The notes beneath the pieces are model-generated. The model was not told where the DNA came from and searched no databases. It saw only the letters and a list, made by a program, of their open reading frames with translations. A DNA stretch of 64,000 nucleotides from Candidatus Omnitrophota bacterium. Lineage in GTDB: Bacteria; Omnitrophota; Gorgyraeia; Gygaellales; Profunditerraquicolaceae. Both the position numbers and the translations under genes were made by a program. The stretch spans positions 3,994 to 67,993 of the forward strand of contig JAZDED010000012.1 in the NCBI GenBank assembly GCA_043809145.1. The letters run 5' to 3'. Shown here piece by piece: positions 57,207 to 64,000 of this stretch; the first letter of the stretch is position 1; every line of letters begins with the position of its first letter.

Positions 57207-57674
57207 TTATGCGGGTAAGGTTCCACCTTTTAATTTCCGTAAACCGTAAACTGTAGCCTTAATTATATTAAGCGGATTTTTGGATTTTAGGGATTTGGTT
57301 AAAATGTCCTTTATCCCGCAGGCTTCACATACTGCGCGTACAGGGCCAGCAGCGATTACGCCCGTTCCTTCTGAGGCCGGCTTCAGAAGAACTTTGGCTG
57401 CTCCAAATTTGCTGACGATTTCATGCGGTATGGTTGAGCCTTCAACAGGCACGGGAAGTAGTTCTCTCTTAGCCTTGGCTAAACCTTTACGGATAGCATC
57501 AGCCACCTCATTGGCTTTACCAAGCGCAAATCCTACGCGGCCCTTGCGGTCACCGACAACCACCAGAGCGCTAAAGGACATCTTTTTGCCGCCTTTAGTA
57601 ACTTTAGTGACGCGGTTGATGCTTACGATTTTCTCAACAAACTCCGATTTTTGATTAATATTTAATTCACGCAT
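57207..57674 (-). CDS. rpsE: 30S ribosomal protein S5
   Basis: 155 aa with the sequence [26 protein letters not shown]. Confidence 0.97.
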   Translation of the reverse strand: MRELNINQKSEFVEKIVSINRVTKVTKGGKKMSFSALVVVGDRKGRVGFALGKANEVADAIRKGLAKAKRELLPVPVEGSTIPHEIVSKFGAAKVLLKPASEGTGVIAAGPVRAVCEACGIKDILTKSLKSKNPLNIIKATVYGLRKLKGGTLPA

Positions 57675-58037
57675 CTAGAACTCCAATCCTGTTTTTCTTA
57701 GGGTTTCGGCAAACGCTTTTATTCTTCCGTGATACATGTACCCTGCGCGGACAAAAACAATTTTTTTTATCCCTTTTTCCTTTAGTTTTTCTCCTAGCAG
57801 TGTCCCGAAAGTAATTGCGGCCTTAATATTGCCTCCATTCGGGATTTGTTTTTTAATCTGTTTTTGATAAGTAGCAAATGTTATCAAAGTTTTTTGTTGG
57901 ATATCGTCGATTAACTGCGCCGAAAAGTGTTTCAAGCTTGGGCTTACCACAAGGCGCGGTCTATCGTGGCTTGATTTCAAGTGTTTGCAGATACTTTTAT
58001 GCCTGCCTATTTTTTTCAGTAATTTATCATTTTTCAT
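57675..58037 (-). CDS. rplR: 50S ribosomal protein L18
   Basis: I place the start at the internal Met (MKNDKLLKK...RPRLVV), just after the rplF stop. The ORF-track start at 58091 would overlap rplF. Confidence 0.93.
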   Translation of the reverse strand: MKNDKLLKKIGRHKSICKHLKSSHDRPRLVVSPSLKHFSAQLIDDIQQKTLITFATYQKQIKKQIPNGGNIKAAITFGTLLGEKLKEKGIKKIVFVRAGYMYHGRIKAFAETLRKTGLEF

Positions 58038-58038
58038 A

Positions 58039-58587
58039 TTATTTCCCGCCTGCTGCCTGGGCTTTTCCGACCTTCTTTTTAACCCGTTCATTTAAGTAGC
58101 GAATTCCTTTGCCTTTATAAGGCTCGGGCGGGTCTACCGCGCGAATTTCTGCCCCGACTTCGCCAACCTTTTCCTTGTCAATTCCCCTTACTACTATTTG
58201 CGTAGGCTTGGGGGTTTCGATCTTTATTCCCTCGGGTATGGGGAAATTTACCGGATGAGAATAGCCTAATTGCATCACTAAGGTATTGTTCAGTATCTGG
58301 GCTTTAAAACCTATTCCGATTATCTCCAGCTCTTTAACATAGCCGTCAGTTACACCCTTGACCATATTCAAAACCAAAGCGCGTGACAATCCTTGTAATG
58401 CGCGGTCTTTTTTTCCATCCCGATTCCTCTTAACAAGAATAGAGCTATCGCTAATCTCTAAGGATATTTCAGGAAAAAGGGTGCGACTAACCTTACCCCT
58501 AGGGCCCTCTATGGTTATTATCTGATCCTTATATTCAACCTTTACTTCTTTTGGAATATTTATTGGTTTGCGTCCGATTCTAGACAT
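58039..58587 (-). CDS. rplF: 50S ribosomal protein L6
   Basis: 182 aa with N-terminus MSRIGRKPINIP. Confidence 0.97.
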   Translation of the reverse strand: MSRIGRKPINIPKEVKVEYKDQIITIEGPRGKVSRTLFPEISLEISDSSILVKRNRDGKKDRALQGLSRALVLNMVKGVTDGYVKELEIIGIGFKAQILNNTLVMQLGYSHPVNFPIPEGIKIETPKPTQIVVRGIDKEKVGEVGAEIRAVDPPEPYKGKGIRYLNERVKKKVGKAQAAGGK

Positions 58588-58602
58588 TGTAATGGCCTCT
58601 TT

Positions 58603-58998
58603 TTACCAGATGTATCCGATTATTTCACCGCCTACCCCCAGGCTTCTTGCTTCTTGGTCAGTCATTAATCCCCTAGAGGTGGTCATAACTACTATGCCCT
58701 TTCCGCGGATGACATAGGGAATCTTGTCTTTCTTTAAATGGATCCTTAAACCGGGAGAGGATACACGGCTGATCTTTGTAATGGCATTTTTATTATTTAC
58801 ATACTTAAGATATATCCTCAAGATGCCCTGTTTTTTATCTTCAATCTTCTTGTAATTTTCAATATAACCCTCGCGCTTTAGTATTTCCATAATACCCTGG
58901 GTAATCTGTGATGCCGGAGCGTCTACGGTTTCCTTCTTGGCCATTATTCCGTTACGGACTATAGTAAATGTATCGGCAATTAAATCATTTCTTGACAT
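58603..58998 (-). CDS. rpsH: 30S ribosomal protein S8
   Basis: 131 aa with N-terminal DLIADTFTIVRNG and C-terminal GGEIIGYIW. Confidence 0.97.
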   Translation of the reverse strand: MSRNDLIADTFTIVRNGIMAKKETVDAPASQITQGIMEILKREGYIENYKKIEDKKQGILRIYLKYVNNKNAITKISRVSSPGLRIHLKKDKIPYVIRGKGIVVMTTSRGLMTDQEARSLGVGGEIIGYIW

Positions 58999-59025
58999 AC
59001 GAATTCCACTCCTTATTTTTGTAAA

Positions 59026-59211
59026 TTACCAACTTGCTTTTTTGACTCCCGGTATCAGGCCCTTCCAGACCATCTCGCGGAAACAGATGCGGCAAAGCTG
59101 GAACTTTCTTAAGTAAGCTCTTCTTCTACCACAGATATTACATCGATTATATTTTCTTGTGGAAAATTTGGGCTTTCTCTTCCATCTTACTATTTGCGAT
59201 GTTTTAGCCAT
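59026..59211 (-). CDS. rpsN: 30S ribosomal protein S14, zinc-binding type Z
   Basis: 61 aa with [20 protein letters not shown] (CxxC...CxxC). Confidence 0.96.
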   Translation of the reverse strand: MAKTSQIVRWKRKPKFSTRKYNRCNICGRRRAYLRKFQLCRICFREMVWKGLIPGVKKASW

Positions 59212-59221
59212 TAATTTAAAT

Positions 59222-59779
59222 CTACTCCTTTATTTTAAAAGGCATTCCGAACAGCCTTAACAATTCTCTTGACTGTTCTTTATTCTTAGCGTTTTTAATA
59301 ACAAACGATATATCCATCCCCTGCGGCCGAGGAAGCTTATCCATGTCAATTTCAGGGAATATTGTTTGTTCGTTAAGCCCAAGAGTATAATTTCCACCCT
59401 CGTCAAAAGATTTATCCGGTACACCCCTAAAATCCCGAATACGCGGGAGAGCGGCATTTAGCAGCCTATCCATAAACTCATACATGATTATTCGTCTTAG
59501 TGTTACTTTACAACCAATGGGATTGCCATCTTTAATTTTAAAATTTGAAATTGCCTTTTTTGCCCGGCGCATTATAGGCCTCTGTCCGGTTATTGTGGCC
59601 AGTTCATCCATGGCTTTTTCAAGAATCTTGATATCTTGAAGCGCCTCCCCTACTCCCATATTCACAACAATTTTTTCTAATCGAGGCACAAGGTATTTAT
59701 TTTTTAAGGAGAACTTCTCCATCATCTGTGGAACAATTTCGTTACGGTATTTAGTTAATAGTCTAGGTGTGTTAGTCAT
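59222..59779 (-). CDS. rplE: 50S ribosomal protein L5
   Basis: 185 aa with a uL5 pattern, in the spc-operon order. Confidence 0.97.
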   Translation of the reverse strand: MTNTPRLLTKYRNEIVPQMMEKFSLKNKYLVPRLEKIVVNMGVGEALQDIKILEKAMDELATITGQRPIMRRAKKAISNFKIKDGNPIGCKVTLRRIIMYEFMDRLLNAALPRIRDFRGVPDKSFDEGGNYTLGLNEQTIFPEIDMDKLPRPQGMDISFVIKNAKNKEQSRELLRLFGMPFKIKE

Positions 59780-59783
59780 TTAT

Positions 59784-60095
59784 TTATAAGGTTGCTTTGC
59801 AGGCCCTGCAGATTCTGACCTTGTTTTCATTGCCTATTAATTTAAAACCTATTCTTACCGGTTTATCGCAATTCTTGCAAAAGAACATGAGATTTGCAAT
59901 TTGTAACGGCCTTTCCAGCGAAACTATTCCGCCCTGCTGGTTGTCCCGCGTCTTACGCATAGCTTTTTTAACCATGTTAATACCTTCAACAATGGCTTTT
60001 TTGTCGATAGCTAATACAGCAAGTACTTTACCCTTCTTACCCTTATCTTTTCCCTTAATTACCTGTACAATATCATTTTTCTTAATTCTTAACAT
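59784..60095 (-). CDS. rplX: 50S ribosomal protein L24 (with C-terminal CxxC...CxxC)
   Basis: 103 aa with a KOW motif (VQVIKGKDKGKKGKV) and C-terminal CKNC...CRAC. Confidence 0.96.
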   Translation of the reverse strand: MLRIKKNDIVQVIKGKDKGKKGKVLAVLAIDKKAIVEGINMVKKAMRKTRDNQQGGIVSLERPLQIANLMFFCKNCDKPVRIGFKLIGNENKVRICRACKATL

Positions 60096-60112
60096 GTCTT
60101 TTCTCTTTAATG

Positions 60113-60481
60113 TTAGATAACTTCCGGCGCCAGGGAGATAATCTTGGAAAAGTTCTTTTCCCTTAATTCCTTGGCTACAGGACCAAAAACACGCGTACCC
60201 CTGGGGTTATACTGATCGTCTATGAGAACTATGGCATTACGGTCAAACCTTAAAACAGAGCCGTCTGACCTGCGTATGGGGGATTTGGTTCTGACTATTA
60301 CAGCCCTACTAACCTCGCCTTTTTTAACCGCTGCGTCAGGTGAAGTTTCTTTGATATGAATAGTTACAATATCTCCGATTTCAGCATGCATACAATTCTT
60401 TTTACCAACTACCCCGATAAAAGCCGCGACCTTTCCTCCGGTATTGTCTGCAACATCTAAAAGCGATCTTAACTGTATCAT
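60113..60481 (-). CDS. rplN: 50S ribosomal protein L14
   Basis: 122 aa with N-terminus MIQLRSLLDVADNTG. Confidence 0.98.
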   Translation of the reverse strand: MIQLRSLLDVADNTGGKVAAFIGVVGKKNCMHAEIGDIVTIHIKETSPDAAVKKGEVSRAVIVRTKSPIRRSDGSVLRFDRNAIVLIDDQYNPRGTRVFGPVAKELREKNFSKIISLAPEVI

Positions 60482-60759
60482 TTGTGTTTATCCTTTAGTT
60501 CTAATTCGGGTATTTTCGCTTTCTTGGAAATCTCTAATAGCCGAAAACGTTTATCTTTTGAGAAGGGGCGAGTTTCTACAATTTTTACAACATCCCCCAC
60601 CTTGGCCTCTTTCTTCTCGTCATGCGCCTTAAACTTATTATAAAGCTTCCTGATTCGGGAATACTTAGGATGCTTGGAGAGCCGCACAGTTTTGACGATT
60701 ATCGTCTTCTCCATTTTATCGCTTACAACAATACCTGAAAATTCCTTTCTTTTACCCAT
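60478..60759 (-). CDS. rpsQ: 30S ribosomal protein S17
   Basis: 93 aa with the sequence GIVVSDKMEKTIIVKT. Confidence 0.96.
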   Translation of the reverse strand: MGKRKEFSGIVVSDKMEKTIIVKTVRLSKHPKYSRIRKLYNKFKAHDEKKEAKVGDVVKIVETRPFSKDKRFRLLEISKKAKIPELELKDKHK

Positions 60760-60761
60760 AT

Positions 60762-60962
60762 TTATTTACCCTTTTTTTCGTTTAAGAGAGTATTGATTCT
60801 GGCAATCTCTTTTTTGACTCTGGAAAATGAATGCGGTTTTTCCACTTGGCCCGTATATCTCTGGGCGTTAAGTTTGAATAACTCTTCTTTTAAGCCCCTT
60901 TCCTTGCCAAGAAGTTCTTCTTTAGTTAAATTGCGCAACTCTTTTGTTTTCATATTAGCCAT
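60762..60962 (-). CDS. rpmC: 50S ribosomal protein L29
   Basis: 66 aa with the sequence [24 protein letters not shown]. Confidence 0.95.
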   Translation of the reverse strand: MANMKTKELRNLTKEELLGKERGLKEELFKLNAQRYTGQVEKPHSFSRVKKEIARINTLLNEKKGK

Positions 60963-61371
60963 GTATACGGGTTACAAATTTTGTTCTTAATGGTATCTTG
61001 TAGGCTATCATTCTGAAACACCTCCTGGCGTATTCCTCCGGAATTCCACCAAGTTCAAATAAGATGCGCCCCCTTTTTATAACAGCTACCCAATGATCGA
61101 GATCGCCCTTTCCTTTACCCATACGTACTTCCGCAGGCTTTTTAGTAATTGATTTGTCCGGGAAACAGCGTATCCAAAGTTTACCGCCTTTATGCAGCTG
61201 CCTGGCTAATACTACACGGCAGGCTTCAATCTGGTTATTCTTAAACCACCCATTAGCCAAGGATTTTAGTCCGAATTCCCCGAATGATACGTCGCTACCA
61301 CGGCATGCTATCCCGCGCCGTAAACCTTTTTGCAACTTCCTATATTTTACCCTCTTGGGCATCATTGCCAT
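60955..61371 (-). CDS. rplP: 50S ribosomal protein L16
   Basis: 138 aa with the sequence MPKRVKYRK. Confidence 0.97.
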   Translation of the reverse strand: MAMMPKRVKYRKLQKGLRRGIACRGSDVSFGEFGLKSLANGWFKNNQIEACRVVLARQLHKGGKLWIRCFPDKSITKKPAEVRMGKGKGDLDHWVAVIKRGRILFELGGIPEEYARRCFRMIAYKIPLRTKFVTRIHG

Positions 61372-61396
61372 ATTGAGCCTCTTTTATTTCGCCTGA

Positions 61397-62077
61397 TTAA
61401 GCCTCTGCTTCTTTTTTGTTTTTTGTTGATTCGCTTATTACCTGGTTTTTATCCAGAATGTCGCCTTTATATATCCAAACCTTTACTCCGATTAATCCAT
61501 AAGTCGTATGGCATTCAGTAAAACCATAATCGATATCTGCCCTGAGGGTCTGTAAAGGCACTTTGCCCTGTTTATATGTTTCTGTACGGCACATTTCAGC
61601 ACCATTCAACCTGCCGGCAGTGCATATTTTAACTCCCTTGGCCCCATTATTCATAGTTTGTTCAATAGCTCTTTTTACCGCGCGGCGAAAAGCGATGCGC
61701 TTTTCAATCTGCATACCGATATTATTGGAGACTAACTGAGCGTTAATTGCAGGATTGTTTACCTCTTCAATATCGATAAGGACCTCTTTTTTAAGTAGCG
61801 CGTTAATATCCTCCCTGAGTCTCTCTATATCAGCTCCATGGCGGCCTATGATAATTCCGGGCCGCGCGCTCAAAATTCTGATTTTAACCCGTTCGGCTAA
61901 TCTTTCGATGATAATATTTGCTATGGCTGCCTGTTTAAACTTACCCAAGATAAATTTCCTGACTTGGGCATCTTCGTGAATAAATTTGCCAAAATCATTA
62001 TGCTTGGCGAACCATCGGCTATGCCAGTTTTTATTAATGCCTATTCTTAATAAATGCGGATGAACTTTTTGTCCCAT
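61397..62077 (-). CDS. rpsC: 30S ribosomal protein S3
   Basis: 226 aa with N-terminus MGQKVHPHLLRIG and a KH domain. Confidence 0.98.
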   Translation of the reverse strand: MGQKVHPHLLRIGINKNWHSRWFAKHNDFGKFIHEDAQVRKFILGKFKQAAIANIIIERLAERVKIRILSARPGIIIGRHGADIERLREDINALLKKEVLIDIEEVNNPAINAQLVSNNIGMQIEKRIAFRRAVKRAIEQTMNNGAKGVKICTAGRLNGAEMCRTETYKQGKVPLQTLRADIDYGFTECHTTYGLIGVKVWIYKGDILDKNQVISESTKNKKEAEA

Positions 62078-62089
62078 TGCTTAAAACCC

Positions 62090-62443
62090 CTATCTTTTTA
62101 AGTCTAACTCAATTCTGATATGAGATGTTCTTCTTTTAATCGGCGTGGCCCTACCAAAGGCCGCTGCCTTGAATCTCTTCCAAGCCGGGCCCACATTGCA
62201 GATGGCGGCCGATATATACAACTGTTCCGGATTAAAACCTTTTACCTTAGCATTGGCTACCGCTGACTTCAAAATTTTAGTTATATTCTCTACCGGTCTT
62301 TTATTCAAATGCATCAGTAGCGCCTGGGCCTGAAGAACATCTTTATTCCTAATCAGGTCAATAACCTGCCTGACCTTTGGCGGCGCTATTCTTATAAATT
62401 TATTTTCTGCTTTTACAATCATTTCTTTTCGTTTTCCGTGCAT
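62090..62443 (-). CDS. rplV: 50S ribosomal protein L22
   Basis: uL22 pattern (IRIAPPKVRQVIDLIRNK). The start could be Met1 (62443) or the internal Met at 62422. Confidence 0.95.
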   Translation of the reverse strand: MHGKRKEMIVKAENKFIRIAPPKVRQVIDLIRNKDVLQAQALLMHLNKRPVENITKILKSAVANAKVKGFNPEQLYISAAICNVGPAWKRFKAAAFGRATPIKRRTSHIRIELDLKR

Positions 62444-62461
62444 TTACAAATTGCACTATTA

Positions 62462-62749
62462 CTATGTTTTCTCCGCTGCTTTCTTGGCTTTGACTCCACC
62501 GTGTTTCCTGAATATGCGGCTGGGAGAAAATTCTCCGAGCTTATGCCCGACCATGTTCTCGGTAACGAATACCGGCACATGTTTTCTGCCATCATAAACA
62601 GCAAATGTAAAACCTACAAAATCCGGGATAACCGTGGATCGCCTCGACCAGGTTTTGATTGCCTGGCGCTGGCCGGCTGCGAACATTTTATTTACTTTTT
62701 TTACAAGATGCTCGTCTACGAAGGGACCCTTTTTTAATGAACGCGGCAT
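62462..62749 (-). CDS. rpsS: 30S ribosomal protein S19
   Basis: 95 aa with N-terminus [12 protein letters not shown]. Confidence 0.98.
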   Translation of the reverse strand: MPRSLKKGPFVDEHLVKKVNKMFAAGQRQAIKTWSRRSTVIPDFVGFTFAVYDGRKHVPVFVTENMVGHKLGEFSPSRIFRKHGGVKAKKAAEKT

Positions 62750-62753
62750 ACTG

Positions 62754-63584
62754 CTATCTCCTTTTGACGATAAATTTATCCGAATATTTTACCTGTTTTC
62801 TTGTTTTAAATCCTTTAGTTGGTTTACCCCAAGGCGAAACCGGATGAGGGTTACCCTGTCCGGACTTTCCTTCTCCTCCTCCGTGGGGATGGTCTACTGG
62901 GTTCATGGCTAATCCGCGGATATGAGGCATACGTCCCCTCCAGCGGTTGCGCCCTGCCTTGCCGATAACCAACGCTTCATGCTCGATATTACCAACCTGG
63001 CCGATTGTCGCCATACAATTAAGGTTTACCAATCTTATTTCTCCGCTGGGAAGGCGCAGATGCGCAAAGTTGCCTTCTTTGGCCATAATCTGCGCGGCAC
63101 CACCGGCGCTTCTGACAATCTGAGCTCCTCTGCCGCAAACCAATTCAATGTTATGTATAGCTGTGCCCTGCGGTATATGTCTTAAAGGCATACAATTGCC
63201 AGTTTTGATTTCTGCATTTTTTTGTTTAGTGGATAATATGTCTTCTCCTACATTAAGCCCAAGAGGAGCAATGATATATTTTTTCTTCTTATCAGGATAT
63301 TCAACCAGTGCAATCCTGGCGTTTCGGTTAGGGTCATATTCAATGGCCAACACTTTTGCTGGTATATCCAAAACATCGCGTTTGAAATCTATTATTCTGA
63401 GCATGCGTTTATGCCCGCCGCCGCGGAAGCGCACAGTAATCCTACCGGAATTATTACGACCGGCTTTTTCTTTCAACGGCATGAGAAGTGATTTTTCAGG
63501 TTTGTTTTTAGTAATTTCACTAAAATCAAATCCGGTCATTTTTCTTCTTGAAGGCGTTGTTGGCCTAAATCTTTTGATTCCCAT
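62754..63584 (-). CDS. rplB: 50S ribosomal protein L2
   Basis: 276 aa with the sequences [19 protein letters not shown] and [12 protein letters not shown]. Confidence 0.98.
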   Translation of the reverse strand: MGIKRFRPTTPSRRKMTGFDFSEITKNKPEKSLLMPLKEKAGRNNSGRITVRFRGGGHKRMLRIIDFKRDVLDIPAKVLAIEYDPNRNARIALVEYPDKKKKYIIAPLGLNVGEDILSTKQKNAEIKTGNCMPLRHIPQGTAIHNIELVCGRGAQIVRSAGGAAQIMAKEGNFAHLRLPSGEIRLVNLNCMATIGQVGNIEHEALVIGKAGRNRWRGRMPHIRGLAMNPVDHPHGGGEGKSGQGNPHPVSPWGKPTKGFKTRKQVKYSDKFIVKRR

Positions 63585-63597
63585 AATTTAACTTTCC

Positions 63598-63876
63598 TTA
63601 AGCTAGTTCTATTTTCTGACCTTTTTTTAAACTCACAATTGCATGTTTGGTATCTGGAGTCCTGCCTATCTGGTGCCGGACCCTTTTATTTTTACCGCTT
63701 GATATATAAGTATTTACCTGTTCCACATTAACCTTGTATATACTCTCTACAGCCTGTTTTATCTCTACTTTATTGCTCGATTTTTTGACCAAAAAAAGGT
63801 ATTTTCCCTCTGGTTCAAACAAGGTTGATTTTTCAGTTCTCACCAGAGCCTTAATTATATCTTGTGGGTAAATCAT
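63598..63876 (-). CDS. rplW: 50S ribosomal protein L23
   Basis: 92 aa with a uL23 pattern, located between rplD and rplB. Confidence 0.95.
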   Translation of the reverse strand: MIYPQDIIKALVRTEKSTLFEPEGKYLFLVKKSSNKVEIKQAVESIYKVNVEQVNTYISSGKNKRVRHQIGRTPDTKHAIVSLKKGQKIELA

Positions 63877-64000
63877 TTTTTGAACCTCGTAATGATATCA
63901 TTTAATCCGTCTTTAGTTACCACTATTTTAGCCGAATTAATTACCTGATAGGTATTTACTGAACGGGCTAATCCAATCTCTAGATTTTTAAGATTGCGTA
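63873..64000 (-). CDS. rplD: 50S ribosomal protein L4, C-terminal end only (CDS runs off window end)
   Basis: Absent from the ORF track. Reverse translation gives ...RNLKNLEIGLARSVNTYQVINSAKIVVTKDGLNDIITRFKK*. The stop codon TGA overlaps the rplW ATG (ATGA). Confidence 0.8.
   Translation of the reverse strand, partial: RNLKNLEIGLARSVNTYQVINSAKIVVTKDGLNDIITRFKK

Overview
This is a 64-kb, low-GC segment of bacterial core genome in which every supported gene but one is on the minus strand. Outer-membrane-type proteins and PilT indicate a diderm. The gene content resembles an uncultivated candidate phylum, but I cannot assign a taxon from sequence alone.

Gene content in window order:
- folP' (partial), ftsH, tilS, a receiver-only response regulator and tRNA(CAT).
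- dgkA, an HTH-TM protein, a bactofilin-HTH fusion and an MgtC-family protein.
- tsaD, a yibQ-like gene, ctp and gatCAB.
- The only plus-strand gene: a frameshifted ~1075-aa glycoside-hydrolase/phosphorylase-like gene. It converges on a 904-aa TPR + beta-barrel outer-membrane protein.
- An orphan 110-aa gene behind a long structured leader.
- plsY, pgsA, lepB, lepA and cmk.
- An aromatic amino-acid block: tyrA, DAHP synthase, hisC and pheA.
- scpB, ruvA, ruvC and yebC.
- RNase P RNA (rnpB), overlapped by the 3' end of an RNase HI ORF, then a COG1579 zinc-ribbon gene, tRNA-Val and a second tRNA(CAT).
- A PilZ gene and a 1018-aa coiled-coil OmpA-family protein, then rpoD, dnaG, a NIF3-like gene and cvpA.
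- groES-groEL with a perfect CIRCE operator.
- A TCA-like block: lpd-like, mdh, icd-like, and aconitase-family small and large subunits interrupted by pilT, plus an aminotransferase.
- The alpha, spc and S10 ribosomal-protein clusters from rplQ back to a partial rplD, with no L30 gene.

I found no CRISPR array, transposase, integrase, prophage or recognisable defence or toxin-antitoxin module. I cannot point to a convincing multi-gene novel system.

The most unusual items:
1. The adjacent bactofilin-HTH and membrane-anchored HTH genes.
2. An RNase HI ORF with no stop codon until about 110 nt inside rnpB.
3. A GC-stem, AT-loop hairpin present both inside rnpB and over the SD and GTG start of rpmJ, with a possible three-part switch at rpmJ.
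4. Tandem 44-nt repeats and palindromes between rnpB and yebC.
5. An orphan gene behind a consensus promoter, a ~190-nt leader and a terminator-like hairpin.
6. Two large envelope proteins that share an N-terminal TPR-like module, one of them next to a PilZ gene.

All functional calls come from reading motifs in the supplied translations. No database search was run.
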